Below, piece by piece: positions 50,905 to 63,080 of a stretch of DNA of 64,000 bases. Origin of the DNA: Octopus bimaculoides. Its lineage: Eukaryota. The stretch covers positions 25,886,546-25,950,545 of the forward strand of contig NC_068987.1 in NCBI RefSeq assembly GCF_001194135.2, given 5' to 3'. Numbering within the stretch: position 1 is the stretch's first letter; the number at the start of each line of letters is the position of its first letter. The notes below the pieces were generated by a model, which saw only the letters and a program-made list of their open reading frames with translations, was not told the DNA's origin and made no database searches. The translations under genes and the position numbers were made by a program.

Positions 50905-52280
50905 ACATTTTTAGACCTGGAGAAAGCCTTTGACAGAGTACCTTGCTTCCTCATCCAGTAGTTACTGTGGAAGCTAAGAGTAGGTGAATGGCTAGAGAGG
51001 ACCATTCAAACCATATTCAGGGATGCTGTCAGCATGATTAACTCAGAATTAAGAGTTTGGTTGTCATCCCTGCTTGTTTATTATAGTCCTTCAGGCCATA
51101 GCAGAAGAATTTAAGAACAGCTGCCCATGGGAGCTCCGCTTTGCTGGTGACCTTGTTCTTATAACTGAAAATGAAATTCCATGTGTGGTTGCAAAATCTG
51201 GAATCAGAGCATTTTAAAGTTAACTTAGCAAAAGACTAAAGTTCTAGTATGCAGGTAGACAAATAGAACACTAATTCTCTCAGGTGAATGGCCCTGCTTC
51301 ATGTGTAGATATTCCATACAGTGTACTCGGTGCAAAGTATTGACACATAACAGGTCCAGTGAAATCACGGGAAGGTCAAGAGAGAAAGTAGAATTTATTT
51401 GTGATATGTGTGCAGGAGCAATAAAGAATATTTGTCCACGGGAAATAGATATCCTGGAATGCACGGGAGGAGGCTCCCTAGAAGTAGTAGATAATTTCTG
51501 TTACCTTTGTGACCTAATTAGCAGTTAAGGTGGATCTTATGAAAGTATAGTTGCTAAAATAAGAACTGGCTGAAGAAAGTTCAGAGTGAGAGGCAGATTG
51601 TATGATGCCTGAGTACAAACAGCAATGCTACAAGGTTGTGAAACTAGGGCTGTGAATTCAGGAGACCTGCAGCGTCGCCTTACTGGCACGTTAGAAAATC
51701 ATTTGAGCAAGGTCATTGTCAGTGCCGCTGGACTGGCTACTGTGCAGGTGGCATGTAAAAAACACCATTTTGAGCATGGCCATTGCCAGTAGCGTGTGAC
51801 TGGCCCTCGTGCCGGTGGCACGTAAAAGCACCCACTACACTCTCGGAGTGGTTGGCATTAGGAAGAGCATCCAGCTGTAGAAACTCTGCCAAATCAGATT
51901 GGAGCCTGGTGCAGCCATCCGGTTCACCAGTACTCAATCAAATCATCCAACCCATGCTAGCATGGAAAGCGGACGGTAAACGATGATGCTCTGATGGCTG
52001 TATGACAAAGTACATATGTGTTAAGAGAAAAATGGAGTATAAGATGTATCAGATGTGTTGTGAAGGAGAGAAGATTGTGTTGGTATGGTCAAGTGGTGTT
52101 GACTGATGAGAACAGCTATATAAAGAAGTTCCAGTTACTAAACATGGAAGGAGCTTGTGCAACAGGTTGAGCCAGGAAAATGTGAGATGAAGTGGTGAGA
52201 ACTGGCCTCAAGATGCTTTTGGAGGAGATGACAGATGATTGAGTTGAATGACCCTATGCTGTGCTTGAGAAGACCAATTC
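50905..52280 (+). mobile_element. RTE-like LINE fragment (RT with PHD-like Cys/His insert), interrupted by family D at about 51650-51988
   Basis: FLDLEKAFDRVP, PWELRFAGDLVL, WPCFMCR..IQCTRCK..H..FICDMCAG, FCYLCD, RRLCWYGQV...EG...G*ARK. Confidence 0.8.
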
Positions 52281-53290
52281 ATCTCAGCAGGGTTTAGGTT
52301 CTGTCAAGCCTTCCTCCACAACTCATCTTCTGATACCCATTCTTCAATCAGTCTTCTGTAGTACCCTGTTTCCTTACTTCACTTCCCATCTACTGAACTG
52401 ATGTTCTCTGCATCCAATTCACTCCCTATCTCTAATCATCTGTCACATTGTTCTCACTCTACCATACTTACCTACAGATCCCCTATTCCATCTTTTGTTT
52501 TCAGCTTGAACTTTGACCTCACATCTCTCTATCTTTCTCTTTCCTGATGGACAATCCTTGTATTTACCTCTTCATCAAGACACCTTTTCCTATCCCCCTA
52601 TATCTTACTTTCTTATCCCTTAGTACTGTACTCCATTTAGTTGAAGGTCTTGTCTTGTAGGTACTTGGTAATCTCATCAATGCTGGCACCATGGAAACCT
52701 AACCCTAATGCAGTGCACTCTGTGAAGTGGTTGGTGTTAGGAAGGGCATCCAGCTGTAGAAACCATCCCAAAGCAGACACTGGAATTAGACACTGTCTTC
52801 TGGCTCAGCTGTTTGTGTCGACCCATCCAATCCATAACAGAATGGCGTGGTGGACATTTAATGATGTCGATGATGTAATGTGTGTGTGTGTGTAGCCGCC
52901 TGCTGGCAACTTTCTTTGTCTTATAAGGGTAACTACTCAATCTTTGTCTGCTGGTTTCATCCTTTCTCTCTGTTCTCTGTCTATATCTTTTCTTTTTCTG
53001 TTCAGGCTAGTTGTTTACAGTTTATATTGTAACTGTGTGACTGACTTCTTTTGCTGGTCGAAGTTTTACTTTTGCCTCCTTATTTTGAGTAGTTCTTAAT
53101 TGTTTATAACTAAACCAGCCAGGAAAATATTATTGAAGCTATCATAAGTGCCATAATTACTTAACATCAGTTCATTTTTGTTGGGAAAAAATTCAGTGAT
53201 AAACACTTTGTTTTTCTTACAGTTATTATAATTAAGTAGAACTTAATGTGTTTATATTCATAGAATTAATTATGTCTGTATGTATTGTAG

Positions 53291-53394
53291 GTGCTCTCGA
53301 AACCATCCTGAACCAGAGGTGTGTACCACTTTAGTTTTTCCTGGAATGTACACTCACATGACATTGGATAATGCTCAAGACGACTATGATACTG
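53291..53394 (+). CDS. ZRSR2: ZRSR2 exon 7 (CSRNHPEPEVCTTLVFPGMY...DDYDT)
   Basis: ttgtag acceptor, GTGAAT donor, 104 nt. Completes ZnF1 (CSRxH). Confidence 0.93.
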
Positions 53395-54310
53395 GTGAAT
53401 ATATTATCTTGTTATTACTGTCAACACATTGTTCCATGTGTGTCATCGCTGAGTGGTTAAGAGGTTTGCTGCACAATCATAAGGTCTTTCCATGCTAGCA
53501 ACGGCCATGCTCAAAATGGTGTATTTTACATGCCACCTGCACAGGAGCCAGTCCAGCGGCCTCCAATAACATATCTTGGAAACAGGTGAGGGTTGGTGAC
53601 AGGAAATGCATCTGGCCATAGAAAATCCATCTCGACAAAACTGTCCAACCCATGCAAGCATGGAACAGTGAACAAATGATGATGATGATGATATGTTTCC
53701 CTTCAGACATTGATTTGCATATGTTTAAACTAAAAATTGACTATATCAGTCTTATCAAAGCCTGCATTCGTAATGGGTGCTTGCCCCTCGCTACTTAACT
53801 ATAGTTAGACCTTATCGGATGAAAGAAGGTTTTTGTTGTTTTCCTGTCAAAATATGAAGTAAACAAATAAGTGATATCTACATTATCAGTCTATTAGAAA
53901 GCAATGATTACTCTTTCTGTTAATCTTACATTACTAATTACATTAATATTACCTTCACGTTGTAAATGGCAGAGGTCAAAAAGCTCACTTGATCTCATTT
54001 TTTAACACACAAATGTACTATTGTAGTGTGATACAAATTATGGAATATGTATTAGTGCACATGAATGTATGTGTGTATGTGTATATATTTGTTTCAAACA
54101 GTCTTGTTTTCAGTTTGGAAAATGGGAAGATAATGTTTTGTCCAGGAAATCCTGGGTAGCTGTATTTAACAAGACTTGTGGTCTTTTTATTATAACATTA
54201 TCTTTACTCTCTTAGCTGATCTGGTGCTATTCTACTTGTTGAAGCCTCACCACACACACGCACACATACATACATATATATCTATATATATATATATATA
54301 TATATATACA

Positions 54311-54798
54311 CCGTAAATCCTCGAGTATAGTCCGCCCTTGAGTATAATACGCAGGGGATTTTTAGGGGGCTGTACCTCTGAAAAACCTAAACCTTGTGTA
54401 TAATACGCACCCCTTCTCTAACTTGAGTCAAGGAGGTCTATATAACGTCCTTGGTTTGTAAACATATATACGGTAACATCCTTTATTATTATTGTATTTA
54501 TAACATAATGCAAACATCTAACTTTTTTGTGCACTTTGTTTGCAGAAAATATAGAAATAACAGCAATAACGTCAGTGAAAAATAAATATTAAATAAATTG
54601 CCTTTACATATTTATCACTATCAGTTACAAGCCCGACATCACAAAATACATCTGAATAAACATTGCCGGACAGCAAATAGAGACTCGGACATAGCTTAGA
54701 AAATATTTTTCATTTTTAACCTCGTATATAGTACGTACTAAGGATTTTGACCTTTAAATTTTGGGGAAAAGATGCGGATTATACTCGAGGATTTATGG
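54311..54798. mobile_element. Tc1/pogo-type non-autonomous DNA transposon
   Basis: TIR CCGTAAATCCTCGAGTATAGTCCGC / GCGGATTATACTCGAGGATTTATGG, embedded in (TA)n. Confidence 0.85.
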
Positions 54799-55215
54799 TA
54801 TATATATATATATATATATATANNNNNNNNNNNNNNNNNNNNNNNNNNNNNNNNNNNNNNNNNNNNNNNNNNNNNNNNNNNNNNNNNNNNNNNNNNNNNN
54901 NNNNNNNNNNNNNNNNNNNNNNATGGAAAGCGGACGTTAAACGATGATGATGATGATGATGACATATATATAGTTCAAATTTACAGAAAGCAAAAGATGA
55001 AGACAGGTGTAAGAACAACAAGCAGGTGTATTAATTTGACACTCGAGAAAAATGGAAAAGTCTTTTACGTTCTGAGCCTACGCTCTTTGACAGAAAAGAT
55101 TATAGGGTAAAAAAAGAGAGAGAGAAAAAAATGTGTAGGCATTAACAGTTCAACATGGTGAAATTATATATATGTATATAATTCATAAATTATGAAATCT
55201 CTATACTTTTTGTAG

Positions 55216-55378
55216 ATTTAACACTTGAATTTGAAGAAGGGGAAATTTATGAAAATTTCAAGGAATTCTATGAAGACGTTTTACCTGAGTTCAAAGCAGT
55301 GGCACAAGTTGTTCAGTTCAAAGTATCTTGTAATTATGAACCTCATCTCCGTGGTAATGTTTATGTACAGTTCAAAAC
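55216..55378 (+). CDS. ZRSR2: ZRSR2 exon 8 (UHM/RRM: FYEDVLPEF...VSCNYEPHLRGNVYVQF)
   Basis: tttttgtag acceptor, GTAAGT donor, 163 nt. Diagnostic HLRGNVYVQ RNP1 motif. Confidence 0.96.
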
Positions 55379-55859
55379 GTAAGTTGCTTTCTTCTTCCTT
55401 AATACACCAATCACCAATGTTCTTGTTGTGAAAGCCATGACCACCACAGTCTCATTTTCCTTCTTTGTAAATCTTATCTACATCCCCCCACTTCCTGTAG
55501 CTAAGTAAGAAATCAATATAATTTTTGATTATTTGAGGTTGTTTAACCTTTGGTTGAAAAGCAGGATGGTTTCCATCTTAAATTTAAGCATTGTGTATCT
55601 AGGGCTATACTATTCAATGTAAAATGGTAGTGTGATTTGTTAGATATTTGGCTGTTATTTCTCGCAAATTGAGTAACTATGTAGAGGTTCCTTCATTGAT
55701 TCATTCCTCATAAGTTATTCAATTAATTGATATCTACTGGAATGTAGATATCTACATTTATAAGACATTTATAAACTGTTTATAAGAATGAAACAGCTCT
55801 TCACCTCGAAAGATATATAACACTGTGCCTAAAATTGAGGCTAGTAAACTGTTAGGCTA

Positions 55860-56930
55860 TGCTAGTTGTCCTCTACAGGATAAAAATTTGGACAGTGTAC
55901 ACAGCAATGGGGAAGAAGATAGAAACCTTTGAGATGTGAAGCTTTCATAGATTAGGCAGAATAAGCTGGAAAGACTCGGTAATGACCACTGCAGTCCTAG
56001 AAAAGCTGAAAGTCTAAAGACAGCCATTGTTGAGAATAAAGTTCTCAAAGTTACCAAGTAAGATCGTTGCCAGTGCCCCTGGACTGGCTCTTGTGCGGGT
56101 GGCACATGAGATGCACCATTTTGAGCATGGCCGTTGCCAGTACCGCCTGACTGGCTTCCGTAGGATTTTTCGAGCGAGATCGTTGCCAGTGCCCCTGGAC
56201 TGGCTCTTGTGCGGGTGGCACATAAAAGACACCATTTTGAGCGTGGTCGTTGCCAGTACCGCCTGACTGGCTTCCATAGGATTTTCGAGCGAGATCGNNN
56301 NNNNNNNNNNNNNNNNNNNNNNNNNNNNNNNNNNNNNNNNNNNNNNNNNNNNNNNNNNNNNNNNNNNNNNNNNNNNNNNNNNNNNNNNNNNNNNNNNNNN
56401 NNNNNNNNNNNNNNNNNNNNNNNNNNTACCAAGTAAGATCGTTGCCAGTGCCCCTGGACTGGCTCTTGTGCGGGTGGCACATAAAAGACACCATTTCGAG
56501 CGTGGCCGTTGCCAGTATCGCCTGACTGGCCTTTGTGCAGGTGACACGTAAAAGCACCTACTACATTCTCTGAGTGGTTGGCGTTAGGAAGGGCATCCAG
56601 CTGTAGAAACTCTGCCAAATTTAGATTGGAGCCTGGTGTTGCCATCCGGTTTCACCAGTCCTCAGTCAAGTCGTCCAACCCATGCTAGCATGCAAAGCGG
56701 ACGTTAAACGATGATGATGATGATGATGATCATGTTTTGGACATATCAGAGATGTGGAAAGGAAGAGAATGAGAGGCTGTCAAAGACGTCTTTGGACTAA
56801 CAACATCCAGAAAAGACTGGAAACAAGAGCCTGATTAGTTGTATGCATGCATGCAGCACATCGCAGAGAGAAAACTGAAGAGTCTTGGAAAGTCAGCCCC
56901 TGAACGCAAGGAGGGCACCTGGCTGGCTGA
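55860..56930 (+). mobile_element. RTE LINE 3' fragment split by a family D insertion
   Basis: KKIETFEM*SFHRLGRISWKD before the insertion and FGHI...RGCQRRLWTNNIQ after it. Confidence 0.65.
56052..56730 (+). mobile_element. Family D with an amplified ~115-bp internal tandem array
   Basis: AGATCG unit starts at 56061, 56177, 56292 and again after the gap; ends in CCATGCTAGCATG...(GAT)n. Confidence 0.85.
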
Positions 56931-57462
56931 TGATTTACTGAAAGGATAATCCCCATTTCCTTTATATTAATTCAACTTTACCTGGCAAGTACCACCTCTT
57001 TTGAACTATGTTAACTTGTTTTCTTAGTCAAAAAGAAGTACTGAGGTCAATTCAGTCAACTAAAAGATTGAAGGCAGTGCCCCAGCAACATTAAAACAGC
57101 TAAGGGAGTCTTCACATGACTTGCTAGAAATAACAGCTAAATTTCTTTCAAAAACCATTCTACAATCTAACTGAGGTCAGCCTTGATCAAGCAAAGACAT
57201 TCTAACACTGTCCATCCCATCTTTTACTCGGGCATATCATACTCGTTCTACATTATCCAATGTGTCCCTCTTTTTTCATTATGGTAGGAGATTTGGCTGC
57301 TATTTCTGCCATGCTGATTATCTACTAAGGACCACCCTTATTGGCTATTTTCATGTTGTTGTTTAACCCTAATCAGCTCTTATACACCAGATCTTTGATC
57401 AACTTTATTCAAGCTTTGGTTATCTATTGTTTTTCTTTTCTCCCAGGTATAGTGTACTCTGG

Positions 57463-57846
57463 GTGGAGGCGCAATGGCCCAGTGGTTAGGGTGGCGGACT
57501 CACGGTCGTAGGATCGCGGTTTCAATTCCCAGACCGGGCGTTGTGAGTGTTTATTGAGCGAAAACACCTAAAGCTCCACGAGGCTCCGGCAGGGGATGGT
57601 GGCGAACCCTGCTGTACTCTTCCACCACAACTTTCTCTCACTCTTACTTCCTGTTTCAGTTGTGCCTGTAATTCAAAGGGTCAGCCTTGTCACACTGTGT
57701 CATGCTGAATATCCCCGAGAACTACATTAAGGGTACACGTGTCTGTGGAGTGCTCAGCCACTTGCACATTAATTTCACGAACAGGCTGTTCCATTGATCG
57801 GATCAACTGGAACCCTCAACGTCATAAGCGACAGAGTGCCAACAAC
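57463..57846 (+). mobile_element. SINE family C, full-length with 12-bp TSD
   Basis: tRNA-like head GGAGGCGCAATGGCCCAGTGGTTAG...TTTCAATTCCC; TSD AGTGTACTCTGG at 57451-62 and 57847-58; (AAC)n tail. Confidence 0.92.
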
Positions 57847-58439
57847 AGTGTACTCTGGACTACATTATCCAGATCTCATCAAATTTCTTTCAATGACTTG
57901 CAGCATTTCAAATTTTTACCACATTTTCTTTTTAATGTTGTTTTGCATGCTGTTGATGAAAATCACATTAATTTTTTTCTGGAAACTAATAATAAAGAAG
58001 TTACAAGCATGTAATTTCAACCAGTCAAAAACTTCCATTGGTACATATTGGAAGTCACAATTGTTTGTTGTCATGGCAATAAACATACACAATGAAGGCA
58101 AAAATTTTACATTTTCTCTTGACCTACCAGAAATGACAGCCAAATCTTCCTTAAACTACACCACAACATCTAAAAGACAGAAACGACTGTACTTTCTATT
58201 TCCTTAGGTGAGTCAGTCCTAAGTGGCTTCCAGTTGTTGAGTGTCATTAACATTTTATAAGTGATTGAAAAAAATTTAACAAAATCCTATTACCCTTTTC
58301 TTTAAGATAGTTGGGTGTGATTTGAGGGAGATTTTACTGCTATTTCTTGCAAGTAGAGTTACTTCATAGAGATTCCCTAAAAGTAGATAGAGAGAATTAT
58401 CATTCCAGTGATAAACCTGAACTTCTTAACATTAATTAA

Positions 58440-58960
58440 TTGATCACAATAAATGTCAAGTCAAGATGTTAGACTACTTATCACAGGACCATGAGTTCAA
58501 AGTTCATGATAATTTGTCGGCCATAGCAAAGTATCAAGACAAGATAGATAACTCTGCTAGCCTCATTTTATCTAACAGACAAAGATAAGTTCCATGTCTA
58601 CATCACAGCAAAATGGTGAACTTGACAAATCATATCCTGCTATAAGATAATACTTTCCTTATTTTAAATGATTTGCTGTAGAAGATGAGGCCTTCACAGG
58701 CCCTCTGAGACTTGTGCTCAACATGGTTGATATTAATGAACAGCTGTAGGCAAAAACTGGAAAGGAAGCAATTCTCTAGGACTGACATTCCTGGAAACGT
58801 GGTTAGTGCTTGGCAAGAAATGGGGATGGACACAGTATAGATGATAGGAGATGGTGAGACAAGAAACTCAGGAAGGACTGATTGGAATTGGCATGAAACC
58901 AGACTGTTTTGAGAGACAGATTCTACTGTAGTAGCCACAGTCACATGCACATTTTGAAAT
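58440..58960 (+). mobile_element. Possible piggyBac transposase relic
   Basis: Weak remnants (ITLLAS, G.LDK, PLRLVLNMVDI, SRLTFLE) in the order expected for a piggyBac C-terminus; very degraded. Confidence 0.3.
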
Positions 58961-59204
58961 AGAAGGCTGAGGAGAAAGTCATATCATTTGCATAAGGCTA
59001 TGCAAGTAATATCAGAGTATAACTTACTTTTTCCATTTTGCAAACTTTGGCTTTCCTTTCTGTTTTGCAGTGTTTGTCTTTATTTCCAATTTCATGAATG
59101 TCTCAGATGTTAAAAACAAGAAACATCTGTCCCATCAGCTTTGGCGTAGAAAAATAAATTAAAAACAATAATTTTAAAAGACTCCAATGTAGATATGGGC
59201 TCTT

Positions 59205-59590
59205 ATAATGGTTTCAAATTTTTGGCACAAAGCCAGTAATTTCAGGGAGGAGTTAAGTTGATTACATCAGCCTCCCTCCCCAATACTTAACTGGTACTTA
59301 TTTTATCAACCCCAGACAGATGGAAGGTAAAATCAACCTTGGCGGAATTTGAAAAGAAAATGGGCTCTAATAATCCTTTCTACTATAGATACAAGGCCTG
59401 AACTGAAATTTTGGTGGGAGGAGGCTAGTCGATTACATCAACCCCAGTATTTCACTGGGACTTAATTTATTGACCCTGAAAAGATGAAAAGCAAAGTCAA
59501 CCTCAGAATTTGAATTCAGAACGTAGCAATGGGCAATATACCACTAAGCATTTCGTCCAGCACACTAATGATTCTTCTGGCTTGTCGCCT
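59205..59590 (-). mobile_element. Two SINE family A copies (minus)
   Basis: Reverse-complement family A bodies. Confidence 0.75.
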
Positions 59591-59668
59591 TAAAATGGGC
59601 TCTGATAATGGCATTTGTCTTATGATTTTCTTACAGCTATACATACTTTCTGTATTTGACATCTATTC

Positions 59669-59710
<42 letters not shown>

Positions 59711-59716
59711 CTCCAG

Positions 59717-59826
59717 TGAAGAGGATGCTTTCAAAGCGTTTACCAAATTTAATGGTCGCTGGTATGGTGGCCGACAGTTGTCTTGCCATTTTGTTGAAAT
59801 AAAGAAATGGGGTGCTGCTATTTGCG
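59717..59826 (+). CDS. ZRSR2: ZRSR2 exon 9 (end of UHM: FNGRWYGGRQLSC...WGAAIC)
   Basis: 39-nt poly-T + CTCCAG acceptor, GTAAGC donor, 110 nt. Contains NGRWY (the RxF-equivalent) and the first Cys of ZnF2. Confidence 0.96.
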
Positions 59827-60090
59827 GTAAGCAGATAATTGTCATTCTATTTATTCATGAAATTAAACCTTTGCAAAATGAAGTATAAGGCTTGTCTCAC
59901 AGATTTTTTCCTCTTTTTTGTTTCTTTTTTTTTTCAATCTTTTCCTTGGTAGATTGGCACCAAGTTAAACATATGGTATTACAATAAGAAGTACTGTACT
60001 GACTATTTTATTTGTGTCAAATTCTCACACTTGAGTCATTAACAAGACTTGTTATCATCTTTCATCTTTTACTTGTTTCAGTCATTGGAC

Positions 60091-60094
<4 letters not shown>

Positions 60095-60127
<33 letters not shown>

Positions 60128-60370
60128 TTAACGTCCGCTTTCCATGCTAGCATGGGTTGGACGATTTGACTGAGGACTGGTGAACCAGATGGCAACACCA
60201 GGCTCCAATCTGATTTGGCAGAGTTTCTACAGCTGGATGCCCTTCCTAAGGCCAACCACTCCGAGAGTGTAGTGGGTGCTTTTATGTGCCACCAGCACAA
60301 ATGCCAGGAAGGCAACGCTGGTAACGATCATGCTTGAACGGTGCTCTTAGGGCTCCACTGGTACAGATGC
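60095..60370 (-). mobile_element. Family D (minus), inserted in a family B copy
   Basis: (CAT)n TTTAACGTCCGCTTTCCATGCTAGC...; family B pieces at about 60065-60090 and 60380-60630. Confidence 0.85.
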
Positions 60371-61108
60371 CGGCCTGATATTCAGTCTTCTCTTTTGTCG
60401 AACTGCTAAGTTATGAGGACATAAACAAACCAGCACCAATTGTCAAGCAGTGATGGAGGACAAACACATTGAATGTTTATACACACATGCACATATATGC
60501 ACAACAGGCTTCTTTCAGCTACTGAATCCATTCACAAGGCTTTGGTCAGCCAGTGCTATAGTAGAAGATGCCACACTTACAGTGGGACTGAACCCATGAC
60601 TCTGTGGTTGTGGAGCAGGCTTCTTAACCACTTGTTTTTTTTTTTTAACTTTAGTCAAGAGAGTAGGAATAGCCTCCAAGACTAGTGGATGAGAGAGAAG
60701 AAATGCTCAAACCAGAGACTTAGCCTGCTTGCTTGAAATAGAGTGGACTACAATAGACACACTGGTGCCAGATGGTGGTGATGATATGGGCAATGGATTG
60801 TCTTGTAGGCCATAGCAGTATTTGAACCCAGAATATAATGAACCAGAGTAAATGCTACAAGGCATCTACACCTACAATNNNNNNNNNNNNNNNNNNNNNN
60901 NNNNNNNNNNNNNNNNNNNNNNNNNNNNNNNNNNNNNNNNNNNNNNNNNNNNNNNNNNNNNNNNNNNNNNNNNNNNNNNNNNNNNNNNNNNNNNNNNNNN
61001 NNNNNNNNNNNNNNNNNNNNNNNNNNNNNNNNNNNNNNNNNNNNNNNNNNNNNNNNNNNNNNNNNNNNNNNNNNNNNNNNNNNNNNNNNNNNNNNNNNNN
61101 NNNNNNNN

Positions 61109-61415
61109 TTGTGAGTGTTTATTGAGCAAAAACACCTAAAGCTCCACGGGGCTCCGGCAGGGGATGGTGGCGAACCCTGCTGTACTCTTTCACCACAACT
61201 TTCTCTCACTCTTACTTCCTGTTTCTGTTGTGCCTGTAATTCAAAGGGTCAGCCTTGTCACACTGTGTCACGCTGAATATCCCCGAGAACTACGTTAAGG
61301 GTACACATGTCTGTGGAGTGCTCAGCCACTTGCACGTTAATTTCACGAGCAGGCTGTTCCGTTGATCGGATCAACTGGAACCCTCAACGTCGTAAGCGAC
61401 GGAGTGCCAACAACA
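61109..61415 (+). mobile_element. SINE family C (5' end in gap)
   Basis: Nearly identical to 57540-57846. Confidence 0.9.
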
Positions 61416-62589
61416 TTGCCCCACAAAAGGATTAAAACCAAAGCTGACATTCAAATGGATTTGAACTCAGATCATAGAGAGTTACAAAAAAAAATACCAT
61501 GAGGTGTTCTCTCTGATACCCTAATGGCTCTACCAATTCACCTTGTCTGTTGTTGTTGCTGTGACACAAGGTCAGTCCTCCTCAAGCAGACCGATGATGC
61601 GTAGTCAGTCAGCTCAACATATGCAAAGAACAGCTCCTGTACACTCCAACAGGGAGTAGTTACACCATATGAGCTGCAATGTGACAGCTTGGACCTATAC
61701 ACCCCCCCCCCCACCTCCTGTAAGTTTAAGTTCAGACATGTTAAGTAAATTCAGGTTCAAACATGACAGGCTATTGTTTGTTCTCTGTATCTACCATTGC
61801 TATTGGAAATGTAGTGTTCTGAACTTATTGTAATAGTTTTATGGATTGTTGAAAATGTGTCTGAGTTTGTGAAATTCATTATTACTTGTTTTTGGTAATC
61901 TTTAGCTTCATGGCTTTTTTTTTTCTTTGCATGATTGGAGAGGGTGATAGCTCTGCTCAACACAGCAATGAATAGTTATTAAACATAGCATACAAATCAC
62001 TTATAAAAGCTCTTTGTTCATATTTATTTACAATAATCTCACTAATCCATTGTGTAGCATAATACAGGTGGGATTAATTTTTCCATCTGTTGACCTCTTG
62101 GTCAAAAGTTCAAATTTTAATTGTGCCATGGAGCAAGACACTTACCTCTCCTTATTTTTGTTTGATTAGGGAACATAAACAGGCTCTATTCTTGGTTTAT
62201 GGTTGAATGATTGCGGTTGGAAGTTCACCAGCTGTGAAAATGATTTGTATCAACAACAAAGCAATTTATTCATGTAAATACAGAAAAATCAATGTAAGCT
62301 AAAACAAAAGAATTTTTAGATAGATTATTGATTTTATTCAATAATGCTAAATGCCTTTTATTCAGTATATTGTAAATAGGAGAAAATAGGTGATCAAATA
62401 CTTAACAAAATTTATGGTAAGAGTAATGGTTGTTTAGCAGTAGATGTAGAAAAATGGAAATTTAGCTGGAATGTTACTTGTCAAATATAAAAGCTATACT
62501 TTTGCAGTGCAGGGGAATTGATCCAGGTATGGTTGTGCAGATATGATCTTCACATCTGCACATAGTTTCCTATTCTACCTGACTGCATG

Positions 62590-63080
62590 TCCCCTTGGGC
62601 AAATAATATCTTTTACTATAGTCTTGGGCTGATTAATGCCTTGTGAGTGGAATTGGTAGGTAGAAACTGGATTGAAGCAGTTGTGTGGGTAGAAGCTTGC
62701 TTGCCAACCACATGGTTGTGGGTTCAGTCCCATTGTGTGACACCTTTGGCAAGTGTCTTCTACTATTGCTTCAGGCCAACTAAAGCCATGTGAGTGGATT
62801 TGGTTGACAGAAACTGAAAGAAGCTTGTATATATATATATGTGTGTTTGTGTGTATGTATGTTTGTCCTCCATCATCGCTTGACAACTGGTCTTGGTGTG
62901 TTTACATCCCCGTAACTTAACAGTTTGGCAAAGAGACCAATAGAATAAGTACTAGAGTTAAAAATAAGTTTTATTTTTAAACTTATTCAAAAATAAGTCG
63001 AATTGTTCGACAAAAAAACTTCAAGGTGATGCACCGGCATGGACATAGTCAAATGACTGAAACAAGTAAAACTATAAAAG
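62590..63080 (+). mobile_element. SINE family B with a partly duplicated/inverted head
   Basis: Minus-strand head fragment at about 62590-62680, followed by a plus-strand copy. Confidence 0.7.

Larger units (their letters stand above)
32807..59826 (+). other. ZRSR2: ZRSR2-like (U2AF35-related, Urp) gene span, 3'-incomplete; 9 coding exons
   Basis: Exons splice in frame to MDISKE...NKMSHKSWKKLLKKLKRKLKRKKLAQ...WLERERQAQKEW...EEWEEQERKE...CSFFAKTGACRFGERCSRNH...FYEDVLPEFK...VVQFKVSCNYEPHLRGNVYVQF...FNGRWYGGRQLSC...WGAAICG. I recognise this as the ZRSR2 coiled-coil + C-x8-C-x5-C-x3-H finger + UHM. All nine donors are GT and all eight acceptors AG. The remainder of ZnF2 and the RS tail are not in the window. 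Confidence 0.95.

Noticed and set aside
56052-56560. Regularly spaced repeats as a CRISPR-like array
   Set aside because: Whole units repeat with no unique spacers; the context is eukaryotic with no cas genes.
57463-57540. tRNA-like sequences (also at about 18485, 37450, 39560)
   Set aside because: They have A/B boxes but continue into SINE bodies, with a TSD at 57463, and I could not form a complete cloverleaf; these are SINE heads, not tRNA genes.
32884-59716. U12-type introns or a tandem U11-binding enhancer within ZRSR2
   Set aside because: No donor matches GTATCCTT/ATATCCTT. Isolated GTATC hits (36904, 43994, 55323) are not tandem or are coding/TE sequence, and the TTTCTTAAT near 50212 pairs with a GTGAGT (U2) donor.
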